Source: Octopus sinensis (taxonomy: Eukaryota). From it: DNA of 64,000 nucleotides. Each line of letters starts with the position of its first letter. Positions within the stretch are counted from its first letter, which is position 1. The stretch lies in contig NC_042999.1 of NCBI RefSeq assembly GCF_006345805.1, positions 118,358,001 to 118,422,000 on the forward strand, given 5' to 3'. Under the pieces are notes generated by a model. It worked only from the letters and a program-made list of their open reading frames with translations, did not search any database and had not been told where the DNA came from. Below are positions 12,545-24,566 of this stretch, piece after piece. The position numbers were made by a program, and so were the translations under genes.

Positions 12545-12722
12545 GCTCGAAATGTGGAGTAGACGAAACAGGCACAACTGAAGAAGGGGAATATTCCTTT
12601 TTTGTATATCTTGTAGTCTGTTTTTTCATTGTTTGAAAAAAAAGTTTGTTTCCATGTTTTTGTTTTTATGTTTTCGTTTCTCATTGTGTTCAACGTTTTT
12701 TTTTTTGATGTCCTGTACCCAT
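12545..12722 (+). mobile_element. Interspersed repeat, homologous in inverted orientation to 63602-63785
   Basis: gagtagacgaaacaggcacaactgaagaaggggaatattcc...gatgtcctgtaccc matches the reverse complement of 63602-63785. Confidence 0.7.
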
Positions 12723-12870
12723 ATATCCATGTATATATACATATAGATGTAGGTATGTACATATATGTATGTATATATGCATATATTTATATATTATTTA
12801 CATTATTATATGACCGAATGCCACGCATCCTTTTCCAAGTAAGTATTATCTTACATTATATATATATATC

Positions 12871-12955
<85 letters not shown>

Positions 12956-12956
<1 letters not shown>

Positions 12957-13467
12957 TAGCAGTATCGCCCGGCGTTGCTCAGGTTTGTAAGGGAAATAAC
13001 TATATAAGCATTTTTAGAGAGTTACTTCCCTTATAGATGCCAATTTGGGCTTTCTTAGCCATTTCTGTTTTGGTGTCTTCAAGCCATGAAGTCGTTGTTC
13101 TAAAAGAACGCTGGTCTCCTTGACAACACTTTACGACGTTGATTTCCTTACACTCCCTTCCCCACAGCTTCACGAGGGAGGGAAGAAGGGGAGAAGCAAA
13201 CAGGTGCAGATGTGAGCATGGACGCCAACTCCGCCGCTATCGACACACGAAAAATTATGCATTAAAATGGAATAAAAAATGATGTTAAATTATCTTTAAA
13301 ATCGTAGACTCATTGTAGACGCGCGCTAATACCCAGACGGGTTTGATATGAATCACGACTATAAGATACCCAAATTTGGTTAAACTGCACCGCAAAATGT
13401 GGGAGTAGTTAGGAATCTAAATCGAAGGGGACAGACACTCACACAACTACAGTTTTATATATATAGA
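12956..13467 (-). mobile_element. Complete non-autonomous Helitron
   Basis: On the minus strand the 5' end is A|TCTATATATATAAAA and the 3' end is gagcaacgccgggcgatactg-CTAG|T; inserted at an AT dinucleotide within (TA)n with no TSD. Confidence 0.8.
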
Positions 13468-13494
13468 TATATATATATATATATATACATATAT

Positions 13495-13775
13495 GATGGA
13501 CTCTCCCATATGAGTGTTCAGCTTCTGCTGAAAGACCTGCACAAATGATTTGTTTATAGTGATCAAATGTGCATGCCACACATTAGCTCATGCTATCTAT
13601 TAAATTGATGTTAACTGAATAGGAGCATGATGTATACCACACGTCAGGTATCAAAGGGATCACAGAGCAACATTTGATGAAGTACTTTGCTCAAGAACAC
13701 AGCGCACCACTCAGTCTGGTTATTCAAACCATGATCTGGCAATCTTGTGTGTAATGCATTAATCACTAAGCTATA
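13495..13775 (-). mobile_element. Degenerate tRNA-headed SINE
   Basis: Minus strand has a tRNA-like head followed by gtgttcttgagcaaagtact. Confidence 0.5.
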
Positions 13776-13782
13776 TACCCTC

Positions 13783-13965
13783 ATCATCATCATCATCATT
13801 TAATGTCCTCCTTCCATGAGTGGGATGGTTTGACAAGAATCAGCCAAGCAGAAGACAGCATCAGACTTCTGTAACTGTTTTGGTAGGGCTTTTACTGCTG
13901 GATGCCCCTCCAAATGCCAACCACTTAACAGTGTGGACTGGGTGCTTTCAAGTGGCACCATGTAC
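13783..13965 (-). mobile_element. RTE-tailed SINE fragment
   Basis: (ATC)n-tttaatgtcc...ctggatgcccctccaaatgccaaccac, the reverse complement of the family tail. Confidence 0.75.
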
Positions 13966-14160
13966 TTGCACGACAAAAAAAAATCTCTTTCAAGAGGAGG
14001 GGGGGCATTGGAGGAGGTGACATTGTGTCGGCTGATGAAAGGCTACAGTGAGACATAAAGACAGAATATATATATATATATTCCTGAGCGCCATACTAAT
14101 ACATTTGTTTGTTTGTACTCCACCTGCCTTCTCTTTTGTTTATTTTCGTAAACCTTCCCG

Positions 14161-14194
<34 letters not shown>

Positions 14195-14803
14195 CTGCTC
14201 TATGCATTAGAGTGTGTTTGTTTTTCAGATACATGATATACTAACAATCCATCCGTGTCCACACACACAGTGTCTTTCAAAAGCAACCATATGATTTGCA
14301 TTTAATAGCTGCACCAATGCCTCACATGTCTGTATATTCATGATTGAGGGGGAGTTGAATAATTATGCCTTCGTCTTTAATCTGATGAGTTGTCTTTGGG
14401 GCTAAGCCCTTTATGGATGTGAAATTTTGTAATTTATCTGGAAGTTAAGCTGACATCAAATGCATTTGACTTCATACTTTGAACTTGTGTAAGGTGAGCA
14501 ATGTCTCTAGTTAGTTTAGAAAATCTAAGATTTAGTTGTTAGGGTAACAGCATGGGGTTAATTCAATTATGTTGTATTTAAATTTATCAAAAGTTGGAGG
14601 GTAAATGTATATGGAACATACATGTGTAATCTATTATATCTTAATTCTAAAACTTCTCCATATCAATACAAAATATTTTTACCAAGATATCTTGGTCACA
14701 AAGACATGTGTTTTTAATAAATTCTCAGAAATGAAAAGTGTGATTAAAGAAAGAATGAGTAAAATATTGATAAATTAATTAAAAGTTTGCAATATAATTA
14801 TAC

Positions 14804-14915
14804 CTTTTACTAGCTACAAGATTCATATTGAAAGTTGATTCTTCCAGCAAAGTCACAAGAATAGAAACCATTGCTATGACAACCAAATATGCAAAAAGGA
14901 CTGATGGCTGGTGGT
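14804..14915 (-). CDS. Candidate exon encoding a transmembrane-like helix (HQPSVLFAYLVVIAMVSILVTLLEESTFNMNLVASK)
   Basis: Acceptor ttttcttatttaaaatttcag and donor AAG|gtataa; one frame open across 112 nt; no homology recognised. Confidence 0.3.
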
Positions 14916-15930
14916 CTGAAATTTTAAATAAGAAAACAGATGGTCTGCTTTTCTCTTCTCTCTATTGCTATAATATTATATACATCAGCTTAAGTGAGCA
15001 TAACATGAAGTTTATTACATCAACAAGATAAATTTCAGTAATTCTATGTTGAGATTATTATTTTGAGAGATCATAGTTTAATGATATCCTTTTGAAATTA
15101 TGGTTTTTGAAATATAGCTTCACAGAAGTCAACCCTTTCACCTTTTGATTTTGACATGTATATGTGTAAAATATTTGTTCCATTCCACTATGTACAACTT
15201 GCACTTGATACTAGGTATTTGAGCATCTGTAAATGTTACATGGGATAGCTAGGCGGATTTGTTTCTCAACCGCTCATGCCATGAGACCTGACCTAAATCA
15301 AGTTATTAAAGGTCCTTCACAACTTGATATATTATTTACATTATATAATATAAAATCAATTTTCTTGTCTTTAGAGAGTAGTGTATTGTTCAAATTCTGA
15401 TTAATTTGTTTATCTCTCTTTACAGTTTGTATAATATTTCTTGTAAAAGATGAATTTTTTGCCATCAGTGTGAATGAAGAATTACAAATCAGATAGACAG
15501 TACATTATTCAGAAATAAGCTAAACAAACTACAGCTCAGGATCTCTCGATCTGCAGGTGCTGCAAAATAATTTAAAAAGCAAATATTTTCAGTTTTTATG
15601 AAACCTTCAATATAATTCTTTAACAAGTGTCCTCCCACATTTATAGTTGCTTCAAGTCTCACCAAATCTGAATTTGTATTGGAGGTAGATGACATTTGGT
15701 GGTGGTGGGTAACTTATGGATAAGATATGATGGGTGTATTAATACCAAAGTGGGAATAAATTTTTCTGTAGGAGGTATTCATGTTTTGCATAGGTTCGAC
15801 ATCTTTTTATTGCTGAACTACTGCTCAGAGGTTTCTCACACTGCTACTTCCCATCTCCTATGTTAATATTGTCTTCCTCAGTATAACACCAAATATTATC
15901 ATTAAAAGAAACAGCATAATAGATTACTTT

Positions 15931-15981
<51 letters not shown>

Positions 15982-16370
15982 AAAATATCTGATATTCAAT
16001 ACTGAATTTAAGAAACTATTTTACTTTTTCCACTACAACCACAAAATCCTGTCACTGACATCATATTTGTTTTCATTATCTATTCAGCTCAAATTACTAC
16101 CTAATCTTTTCATTTCAACTACATTAAAAAATGTCTTATAAAAAGTGAAATAGTGGTTCATGGGTAAAATCTCAAATAAAGACTACATAATTAACTTTCT
16201 TAATTGACATTGACGTTTTTTCCAGAAAATTACAGTTCTGAGTTGAGATTCTGAAAATGTCAAATTTGTTTTATTATTTTATGATGTGGGATTTAAACAT
16301 TAATAATAAGGCAAGACTAAATTATAAAATATAAGTTATACAGAGTAATTTTATTCTCTAAGTTATTTAG

Positions 16371-16438
16371 TCAGAAGAGAATGGAACTTTTCTTGCAATC
16401 CCTCTCAAGGTTGTTGCATTTGAATCAGTTGATATACA
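16371..16438 (+). CDS. Candidate exon (QKRMELFLQSLSRLLHLNQLIY)
   Basis: Acceptor ttctctaagttatttag and donor ACA|gtatgt; phase-compatible with 16611-16692. Confidence 0.25.
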
Positions 16439-16610
16439 GTATGTGTTTCATTGTAGGCTTATGACTGTATTGAAATATGAGCAGAACATATAAGTAGCAT
16501 ATCTATAATCAATGTAGTTCATAGAGTCCTACATAGAAGGCATTGTAAGAAGAGATAGAGATAAGGTATTGTGTGAGCTTAGTCAATGGAAGTTCAGCCT
16601 ACTATTTCAG

Positions 16611-16692
16611 AAGAGCATGAAACAGTGAAGGTAGTAACAGAAGTCAGAGAGAAGACATTGCATGTCAATGGCTTGATGGTTGTAGTTTGTTG
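16611..16692 (+). CDS. Candidate exon (EHETVKVVTEVREKTLHVNGLMVVVC)
   Basis: Acceptor cctactatttcag and donor TTG|gtgagt; only one frame open. Confidence 0.25.
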
Positions 16693-17184
16693 GTGAGTGA
16701 AGATTTTACAATTAATCACATTGCTATTTTTAGTATAGTTTGATTTTATGTTCAAGTATGGTCTTTGATTTTATTTTTAAGAAGTGACATTTTCTCAAAT
16801 TGTTTGGCTTTAGAATTTGCTACCATATTTATGGAATACTTCCAGGAAATTAGACATGAGCTGTTCAAATCCATTAATTCAATAATACAGCAGGAATACT
16901 TAATGAGGATAGAAATTATTTGATTACAAGAACATTTAAAATCACTTGATTTTCTTTTTCATGTAACAAGGAATATTTTGCTTTCCAATAAATCTAGACA
17001 AGGGTTTCTTAACTATAACAATTGCAAAGAGAGAAGAATTCTAAAACATTATTTGTCCACTGTATATAAAACAGAATGTCTCATATAAACTCTAAGTAAT
17101 ATCATAAATGTGGGTGGTGATACTGTAATAAATAAGTTGTCCAGACACTTGATTGGTTTGTCAATATTTCCTTGAACCATACAG

Positions 17185-17238
17185 GAATTGCACCAATAAA
17201 CTTGTTGACATTAGAATGAAATGCAGTCCAAAATTTCA
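17185..17238 (+). CDS. Candidate exon (NCTNKLVDIRMKCSPKF)
   Basis: Acceptor tttccttgaaccatacag and donor TCA|gtaaac; only one frame open, phase-compatible with the previous exon. Confidence 0.2.
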
Positions 17239-18370
17239 GTAAACTCAGAATGACTTTAATAGTTTTGAAGAAGAAGGAATATTATCAAAGCAGTGTTTAA
17301 TTACTGAAGTGTATCACAAGAGAATACATCACTGTCACAGGAAATACCTTCCAATGCTTTAAAAATCCTTGTTGTTTTTATGATATAATCTATCTTACAA
17401 TCATCTTGGTTACAGCTTTGGGATTGTGTTTTATTAACTTTCTTCAGTATTCATACTTCAAGCTAAATGGCATTTGATCATTTCAATTGCTTTTTTTATA
17501 TTTTCTTTTCTTTAATTCTTTATTCATTTCCTCTGCTGTGTCAGAACTTTATATATTACCTGTGTTGCTTTCTTTCTAGTTCCAATTTCATTATAACCCA
17601 TACACTGCTATTTAATAGTTTTGTTTTTGCTATATTTTATTTTGGTATTATTTTTATCTCTTTATAATTCTCAAATTACAACAACAACTTTGTGAGTTTA
17701 TTCCAACCATTTCCCGTTATTTAACCCACTTTCTCATTTTGGATCTAGTGACTACAAATCAGATCAAATTTTGAAATGTAAACACTTATTTGTATGAGAA
17801 TAAAATCTGATCGTTCTGTCTGTTTTATTACTGTTGCTGATGGTTCTGTTGTTGATTTTTCTTCCTCCCAATTGAATGTAATTATATTTGATGTTGACTA
17901 CTTTTGTCTGTCAGTTCAGATTTATTTGTAGTGGATTTATAACAGAATTATACTCAATAATATCAGGGAATTATCAAATTACTTTAAGAATTGAAATGAA
18001 ACAAACATGGGTTCTTATTATATTTTATTGACATCTTTATAAATAGTAAGAGAAAGGGGGTGGAACAGAAAGTAGTAATCAAGGTTTTCTGACTATTTAG
18101 CGATCCACTGGCTTGAGATATTACAACATGAGTTGTCCAGATATCAGAATATTCATTGTGAGCAAACAAATGAGCTGTAGAGAATATAACAACTGGTGTT
18201 TGCATTACAGCTTGGAAAGAAAAGTAAAACCAAAGTTTCACTGTGAGCAGTGGATGCAGCATTGGTTCGGAATCTCTTTCTGTATATCTTAGTTAATGTG
18301 GATATACTGTAAAAAACAACAGAACTGAGAAGTATCTTGTATAGATATAGTGTTAAAAAGCACAGAAGTA

Positions 18371-19935
18371 TCAGGTCATCCCATAAGTTCTGTCTGGATT
18401 TTGAATAAAGAAAACCAGTGATCAAGTGTTATATTTAATTGAAATTTAATCATCAATGTACTTTCCCTGATTATCTTTGACTTCCTTCCATCTATTTACA
18501 AGCTTTTTAATCCCATCAATGTAAAACTCTTTTGGTTTCAAAGTGAAGAACTCTGAAATGTTAGTTTCGAATTCCTCCTGGGTTGCAAAAGTTATGTCCC
18601 CCAAATGATTCTGTAAACTACAAAACAAATGGTAGTCTGAAGGAGCAAGGTCGAGAGAATAAGGTGCATGAGGAATTTTTTCCCAACCAAGCTCTTCAAT
18701 CTTCGGTGATGTGATCTTTGCAGTGTGAGGTCGTGCATTGTTCTGATGAAACATTACTCCTTTTTGATTCACTAAAGCGGGTCATTTTTTTCTTCAAAGC
18801 TTGGTTCAAACACTCTAATTGCTGACAGTAGACTTGAGCATTAATTGTTGCATTAGATGGTAACAATTCAAAGTGATTTACTTCTTTGCAATCCCATTAG
18901 ATAGAGAGAAGAACCTTTTTCCCATGAAGTTCCATTCTCAGTTGTGTTTGAGCTTTTTCCCTTTTACCAAGCCACTGTTTACAATGTTTAACATGTTGAT
19001 AAAAGATCCATTTTTCATCATCAGTCACAAGTCTATCCAAAAAGGGTGAAATGAGTTTGTAAGAATGGAGAGAAGAGCAAATGTCAACTTGGGATTCGCA
19101 GTTGCTTTCGGACAATTAATGTGGCATCCATTTTCCAAGTTTAGGAACCTTTCCATGTTGTTGAAGATGAAGATGAACAGTTGTATGGTTTGAACTAAAT
19201 TTTATTGCCAATTCTTCAACTGATAATGTAGGATTTTCTTCAAGTAATGCCTCAAGGAGTTTATCATCAAACTCAACTGGACGTCCTGTTTGATCTTCAT
19301 CTTCAAGGCTGAAATCTCCACTTCTGAATTTTGCAAACCAGCTTCTGCAAGTTCTTTCATTCAAGCATTCTTTCCTATAAACTGAGTCACTTCGGCTGCA
19401 GAGTTTCCATTTTTGTACTCATAAAGCATTGTGTGCCTCAAATGTTCTTTGGATACCTCCATGTTAGAAAGGGTTTTAATCAAAGAAATTTTACTCCTAT
19501 TATTCTGTAAAATAATATTTAATTATATTTCGTTTTTGGATTTGGTTTGCAAGATTCTTTATATGAGTTCGTGTGTTGCAGAATATTCTGTTGTGTCTGG
19601 GGAGAGTCATTTTCTTTTTGTGCCTTATAACACACTCACCAGTAAAATTTCCACTTTTTTCTTATTCAAAACTATTGAGAAGGTTGCAAGATGCAACGAA
19701 AATTTTAGGAAAATAAAAATAAGAAAAAAATTGGAAATTTTACCGGTGAGTGTGTTATATTATAAGGCACAAAAAGAAAATGACTCTCCCCAGACACAAC
19801 AAAATATTTAATTAGTTTAAATGTATCCAAATGCATAAAAATAATTTTTAATTCCATTAGACATTCTAAAATGCTATTAAATTTCATTTAATTTTAAGAA
19901 AGGTAAAATTGGCCAGAACTTTTGGGGTGACCTGA
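18371..19935 (-). mobile_element. Full-length inactive mariner (Tc1/mariner, D,D34D-type) transposon
   Basis: TA target duplication; TIRs TCAGGTCATCCCATAAGTTCTG and TCAGGTCACCCCAAAAGTTCTG; broken transposase from about 19462 to 18446 with an HTH (ERTCRSWFAKFRSG), WMPH (WVPHEL), VTDDEKW, HQNNARPH and YSLDLAPSDYHLF. Confidence 0.97.
19581..19808. repeat. ~87-bp inverted repeat within the mariner 5' region
   Basis: ttgtgtctggggagagtcattttctttttgtgccttata...cttatt (19581-19666) versus its reverse complement at 19718-19808. Confidence 0.9.
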
Positions 19936-20439
19936 TACTGATAACTCTGTAAAAAGCATAAATCTAGATTTAACAATTCCACCACTACTGATGGATGTTT
20001 TTCATCTACTATTGACATACATTTGTGATTTTTGTCCCTATATATATCTATATGAGACACTTTTTCAAGGTGAATATTATAGCTTTGTGCTTTCTACAAT
20101 ATATCTATATTAATTAAGGTTTGCAGAATGCTATTTTGAACTAATACTGCTTTCTTTACTAATAACGATTTTTATCCAGTTTGCTGGCTATATGTGGCAC
20201 TAGTGATTTATTAATAAGTGTCTTTCTATATCAGTGAAGATGAAATTTGTTTAAGTATATGGTTGCTAATGGATACTTGCTACTGATGATGCTGTGAGGA
20301 GCAAAAATACGTATTTAACTATGCCATCACTGCTGCTGGACACTTTTCATGCTATTGATATAATTCTGTGCTTTTTAACCCTATACATCTATATGAGGTG
20401 CCTTCTCAAGATGAATACTGCAGTTTTGAGATAAGAAAA

Positions 20440-21500
20440 TCATTCAGAATGCCCTCTTGAGACTAGACGAACTTGTGAGGAGGTCAAGGATGCAGTTTTG
20501 AGCAAAAAAAATCGCGTAGTCTGATATTTGTTAAGGGAGTGTAGAAAGAATTTAAGTTTTGAATAGCTGAAGAAAGCATTCCAACAGTCAAAGAAGAACC
20601 TGTCGAGAGCTTGGGGCAACTATACACTGTAGCATTGTCAGATAGGAGTCACGGGATGGAAATTATGAAACAAGCTGAGGCTGGATTATCAGTGATTGAT
20701 AACTTGAAGTTACCAGGTAACTATAAAATTTGATGCTTGCAGTTCGGCCTGTATCCATGACTTTCGTGGCCACTTTTAATATATGAGGTAGCCTTGTCAT
20801 GAGTTCAGATCATTGAACAAAAATGTAATGTGTTCATTAGAAAGTGGCTAGGCCTATCTCGGATGTTGAACATTTCAGCTCTTTATTGAAAAAGAGCTTC
20901 GTTGCAGTTACCACTAGCGTCAATAGTCGAAATATATAAACTGGGGAAGATACAGACGGTGATGATGCTGAGAGAATCGAAGGATATGGAAATCAGGCGT
21001 AACCAGCCAGAGGTGAAAACAGCCAGGAAATGGAAAGCAGAAGCAGAAACTGATGACATCTTGTCTTCTCTTACACACAGAGATATGGTGGGTGCAATGC
21101 AAAACCATCGGAAAGGGCTTGGTTTTATAGCAGATCAGTGTGAGATGACTGTTGTTATCATTAGGCCTAACTCATCATAAGGTAAATACTACCATGATCG
21201 ATATCCAAACTACAGTGGAGAAGGCTAGCCACTGGATTTGGTTAAAAAGAGAGGATGAGTGATGGCTAGAGAAATATTGAGCTATATTTAATAACCAGTT
21301 GATCTAGCAAGTAGGGCTTTATATCAATGAGGTGGGGGCTGGTGTGCATTGATGCCGACAAGAGGTAAACCTTGAAACGGCACGCATTCTCTCCTGATGA
21401 TCCCATACACTTGCTGGCTTTCAATATGCAGAGTTCTCGACTGGTAGTACTTGTGTGTGCAAGTTGTTTGCAAGAGATATAAGAGCATGACAAAAGACAG
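20440..21500 (+). mobile_element. HERO-clade (R2-group) non-LTR retrotransposon remnant, internally deleted
   Basis: Conceptual translation with stops: IPTVKEEPVESLG, LPGNYKI*CLQFGLYP*LSWPLLIYEV, IRKWLGL, LQLPLASIVEIYK..RKWKA..HRDMVG..GLG, then directly VEKASHWIWLKRED. Confidence 0.85.
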
Positions 21501-21809
21501 GAAAAATATATGCTTTACATTTATCAAAGGATTTTGACATAATGTGTGTGTATGAGTGTATTTTTGTGTGTGAATGGTCCTTAGCCTACGTAAGTTAAAC
21601 ATAAAAGTAATGTATATTTTCTCTTATTGTCCCTTCTTACATCTGTTTTATCGTCTCCTACATCTCAGTTTCTTTTTTCTTCTACTTTGCTTTTTTCCTT
21701 CTCACTTTCTTGTGTCAATTCTATTTATCACCTTTCAAAGTCTTCCTCTCAGTGATGCAATTCACATATATTTTACATTTGTTTTTCTGGTTACATCATC
21801 TTTTAATTT

Positions 21810-22240
21810 TTACTTGTTTCAGTCATTAGACTGTGGCCATGTTGGAGCACTGCCTTGAAGAATTTTAGTTGGATGAATCGACCTAAGTATTTATTTTTTT
21901 AAACCTGGTACTTATCAATTAATTTTGCTGAACTACTGAGTTACAGCAACATAAACACATTACTGGCTTTCAAGAACTGGTGGGAGACAAACACAGACTC
22001 AAATATGCATACACACATAGAGAGAGTGAAAGAGAGGGAGGGAGGGAGTGAGAGAGGTACAGAGAGATGGAGAAAGAGTCAACAAGCTTCTTACAGTTTC
22101 TGTCTACTACATCCTCTCACAAGGCTTTGGTCAGCCTGGTACACCAGTAGAAGACAGTTACCCAAGGTGTCACACTGTGGAACTGAATCCACAACTAGGT
22201 GGTTGAGAAGCAAACTTTTTAACACACAGTCAAGCTTGCA
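21810..22240 (-). mobile_element. tRNA-headed CORE-type SINE (OR2-like)
   Basis: Reverse complement matches 9439-9845, with a central (GA)n tract. Confidence 0.8.
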
Positions 22241-22312
22241 CCTATTATATTCTTCATTAATAGAATATTAAGAAGAAAAAAAACAAAAACAAATGTTTAA
22301 AAAAAAGACAAA

Positions 22313-22402
22313 CATACACACACACACACACACACACTCTCTCTCTCTCTCTCCCCCTCTCTCTCTCTCGCACACACACACACACACACACATACACATA
22401 TA
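22313..22402. repeat. (CA)n-(CT)n-(CA)n compound microsatellite
   Basis: Read directly. Confidence 0.95.
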
Positions 22403-23874
22403 TGCATATTTCTAGAAGTACAAATAGTTATTGAAAACACTTGTTTAAAATACAGTTCATCAATACAATTGATTGAAATAAGCTGCATGAAAAATACAAT
22501 AGATAGGTATAACCATTGGTCCAGTCTACAGTTAATCAATTTATAGGAAATGTTACAATATTTTTTGAATATAGTAGATAAATTGTCTTGTTTTATGAAA
22601 TGAAGGGTTAGAAAACATCAGAATTCCCTAAAGCAATTAATAAAAGAAACTCACAAAATCATTTCAAGAATACACAAATATAATTGACTATTTATGTACA
22701 GTTGCCAATAGTGAGATATCATAGTATGTATTTTTTAATAATATTGTGGTACTGCCATAAAAACACAGGAAAAAAGGACAGTGTTATCATATCCTTTTTA
22801 CTTTCCCATTTTGCACCACTTATAACAAGGTTCATAAAGAGACATTAGCATAAGCATCATCGATCTTCTGACTACAAGGATAATCGTGATAGGCACATAT
22901 ACATTTTTAGCATAACAATTTCCCTTTAACCTGTTTCTCTTATTTAAAAATTTTAACAATAATTAACTGTTGATTGGAGCAAGTACTACTTCACTCAGAT
23001 CTATTTTCAGCTATTTTCATTCCCTGTATTTCAATCAAGTGTTTTCAATAAATTGGCACTCTGATTTTAACTTTTCCTGCAATGCCTTTCTGTCTTCTTG
23101 TGATTCTTAAAATCAGGTCTTCTGTCTTCCAAAGGTTTTAAGAATCATGTAAATACAAAAGCATGCTTCTTTCTTTATCACACCTGTTGTTTTAGAACTA
23201 ATGTCCAACAAATTTACTGTCTTATTTTCTCTTAGCATTACAATTGGTAAGATTGTATCTCTCTTGTTATTTCTTTTCATCCTGATAGAAAATCATTAAT
23301 GTTTAATTGTGTAAATCATTGTCTTGGCCTCTGTTTCTCATAGCCACATAAACTAAGTTTTCACCAGTCAAGCAACATTACATGTTGCATATAACATTGT
23401 ATATTTTCGTTTACTTGTTGACCTGTCCTCAGCACCTTTCTAAAAAGCATTCATTATTGATACTTGGAAGTCAGTAATCCTGTTAATAAAGAGCCAAAAC
23501 TGCCTTGATTTTAAATCAACAGCTGATGAGAAGACATGGTTTCGATGTTTTTATCTTGTCTTTGCATTTTATGTGAAGCCTGTGCTCAGTTTTTCTCATA
23601 AATGTATACATAAATACACTTAAATGAAAAACATGAGAATGAAAGTACATTCATGCTAAGCTTAATATATACAGAGATACATGTACTATTCACAAACATA
23701 AAAATGCAAATATATTACTTCATTTGTAACAATAAGGAAAGAGGGGGTGCTTGGGGCAAATAGTAAGAGATTAATAAAGCTAATAAATACAGCAAGGCTG
23801 TAATATTATTAGTACATTGCATTCTAAAAAGTAACTGCAGTAGAAATGGTGAAGTGATATATGCAAATTCAAAG

Positions 23875-24085
23875 GCAGTGAGCTAACAGAATTGTTATTG
23901 CACCAGGTAAAATGCTTTGTGGCATTTTGTTCACATTTACATTCTGAATTCGAATTCCACTGTGATTGACTTTGCCGTTCATCCTTTTGGGATTGATAAC
24001 ATAGGTACCAGTGAGACCTGGGGGTTGATGTAATTGACTTAACCCCTTCCCTGAAATTGTTGGCCTTGTGCCAAAGTTTAAAACC
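23875..24085 (+). mobile_element. tRNA-derived SINE (cagaattgtta... family)
   Basis: ggcagtgagctaacagaattgtta...ttctgaattcgaattcc...gactttgcc.ttcatcctttt...ggtaccag...ttgtgccaaagttt. Confidence 0.75.
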
Positions 24086-24566
24086 ATATATGCAGATTTA
24101 CATGTAAATCTAGTTGTTATACTAGTAATGAAATGTCTAATGCCTTTGTTTGACTTGATGGGAAGTATGGAATGTCATATTGATATAATTATGAAAATAC
24201 TAATGCCTTATACATAGATGTTACAATGGTAAAATGGATTTACATAAGGACCACAAAATAATGGTTAAACAAAAATGAGCAAAATGTCTGAAATAACATA
24301 ACAAGAGCACTCAGAAAGCGCAAACCTCCACCAAGGCAACATCCTCTCAACGGTTAGCCAAAGATGATTTTTTAAAATGAGAATATCTGAAATAAACTTG
24401 ACTGCTCTCACAAACGAGAATACTAAAACTGAACCCAACCTCTCTCAAAAATTAAGTAAAAAAAAAACAGAAAAATTATCCAGAATCCTTGTTCAGTACC
24501 AGATCGATCCCAAAATCTAAACAGTTTGTACCTGTTCATTTGTTCTCAGTAAGCTTTCTCATAAGA

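Noticed and set aside
12575-12600. CTGAAGA/CTGATGA followed by gggaatattc (also at 63725-63750 on the minus strand)
   Set aside because: No GAAA follows stem II, so a complete hammerhead cannot be built.
14028-14060. CTGATGA-A-aggctacagtgagacat as a hammerhead
   Set aside because: Needs a 2-nt deletion and two substitutions to fit, and stem I is unconvincing.
14465-14498. Third AG|GTGAG recursive-site candidate
   Set aside because: Weak pyrimidine tract; within chance expectation.
15489-15695. Minus-strand ORF MSSTSNTNSDLVRLEAT...
   Set aside because: No recognisable homology and only weak donors before the stop.
20282-20318. CTGATGA-tgct(gtgagg)agca-aaaatacgtattt as a hammerhead
   Set aside because: G12 is missing and no stem I forms.
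21342-21400. gtgtgc..TTGATG..aggt(aa)acct-tGAAACG-gcacgc..CTGATGA in the HERO 3' region
   Set aside because: Core halves are present but there is no U16.1-H17 or stem I topology, so it fits no hammerhead type.
23521-23552. CTGATGA-gaagac(atg)gtttc-GATG
   Set aside because: GAAA is replaced by GATG and there is no stem III.
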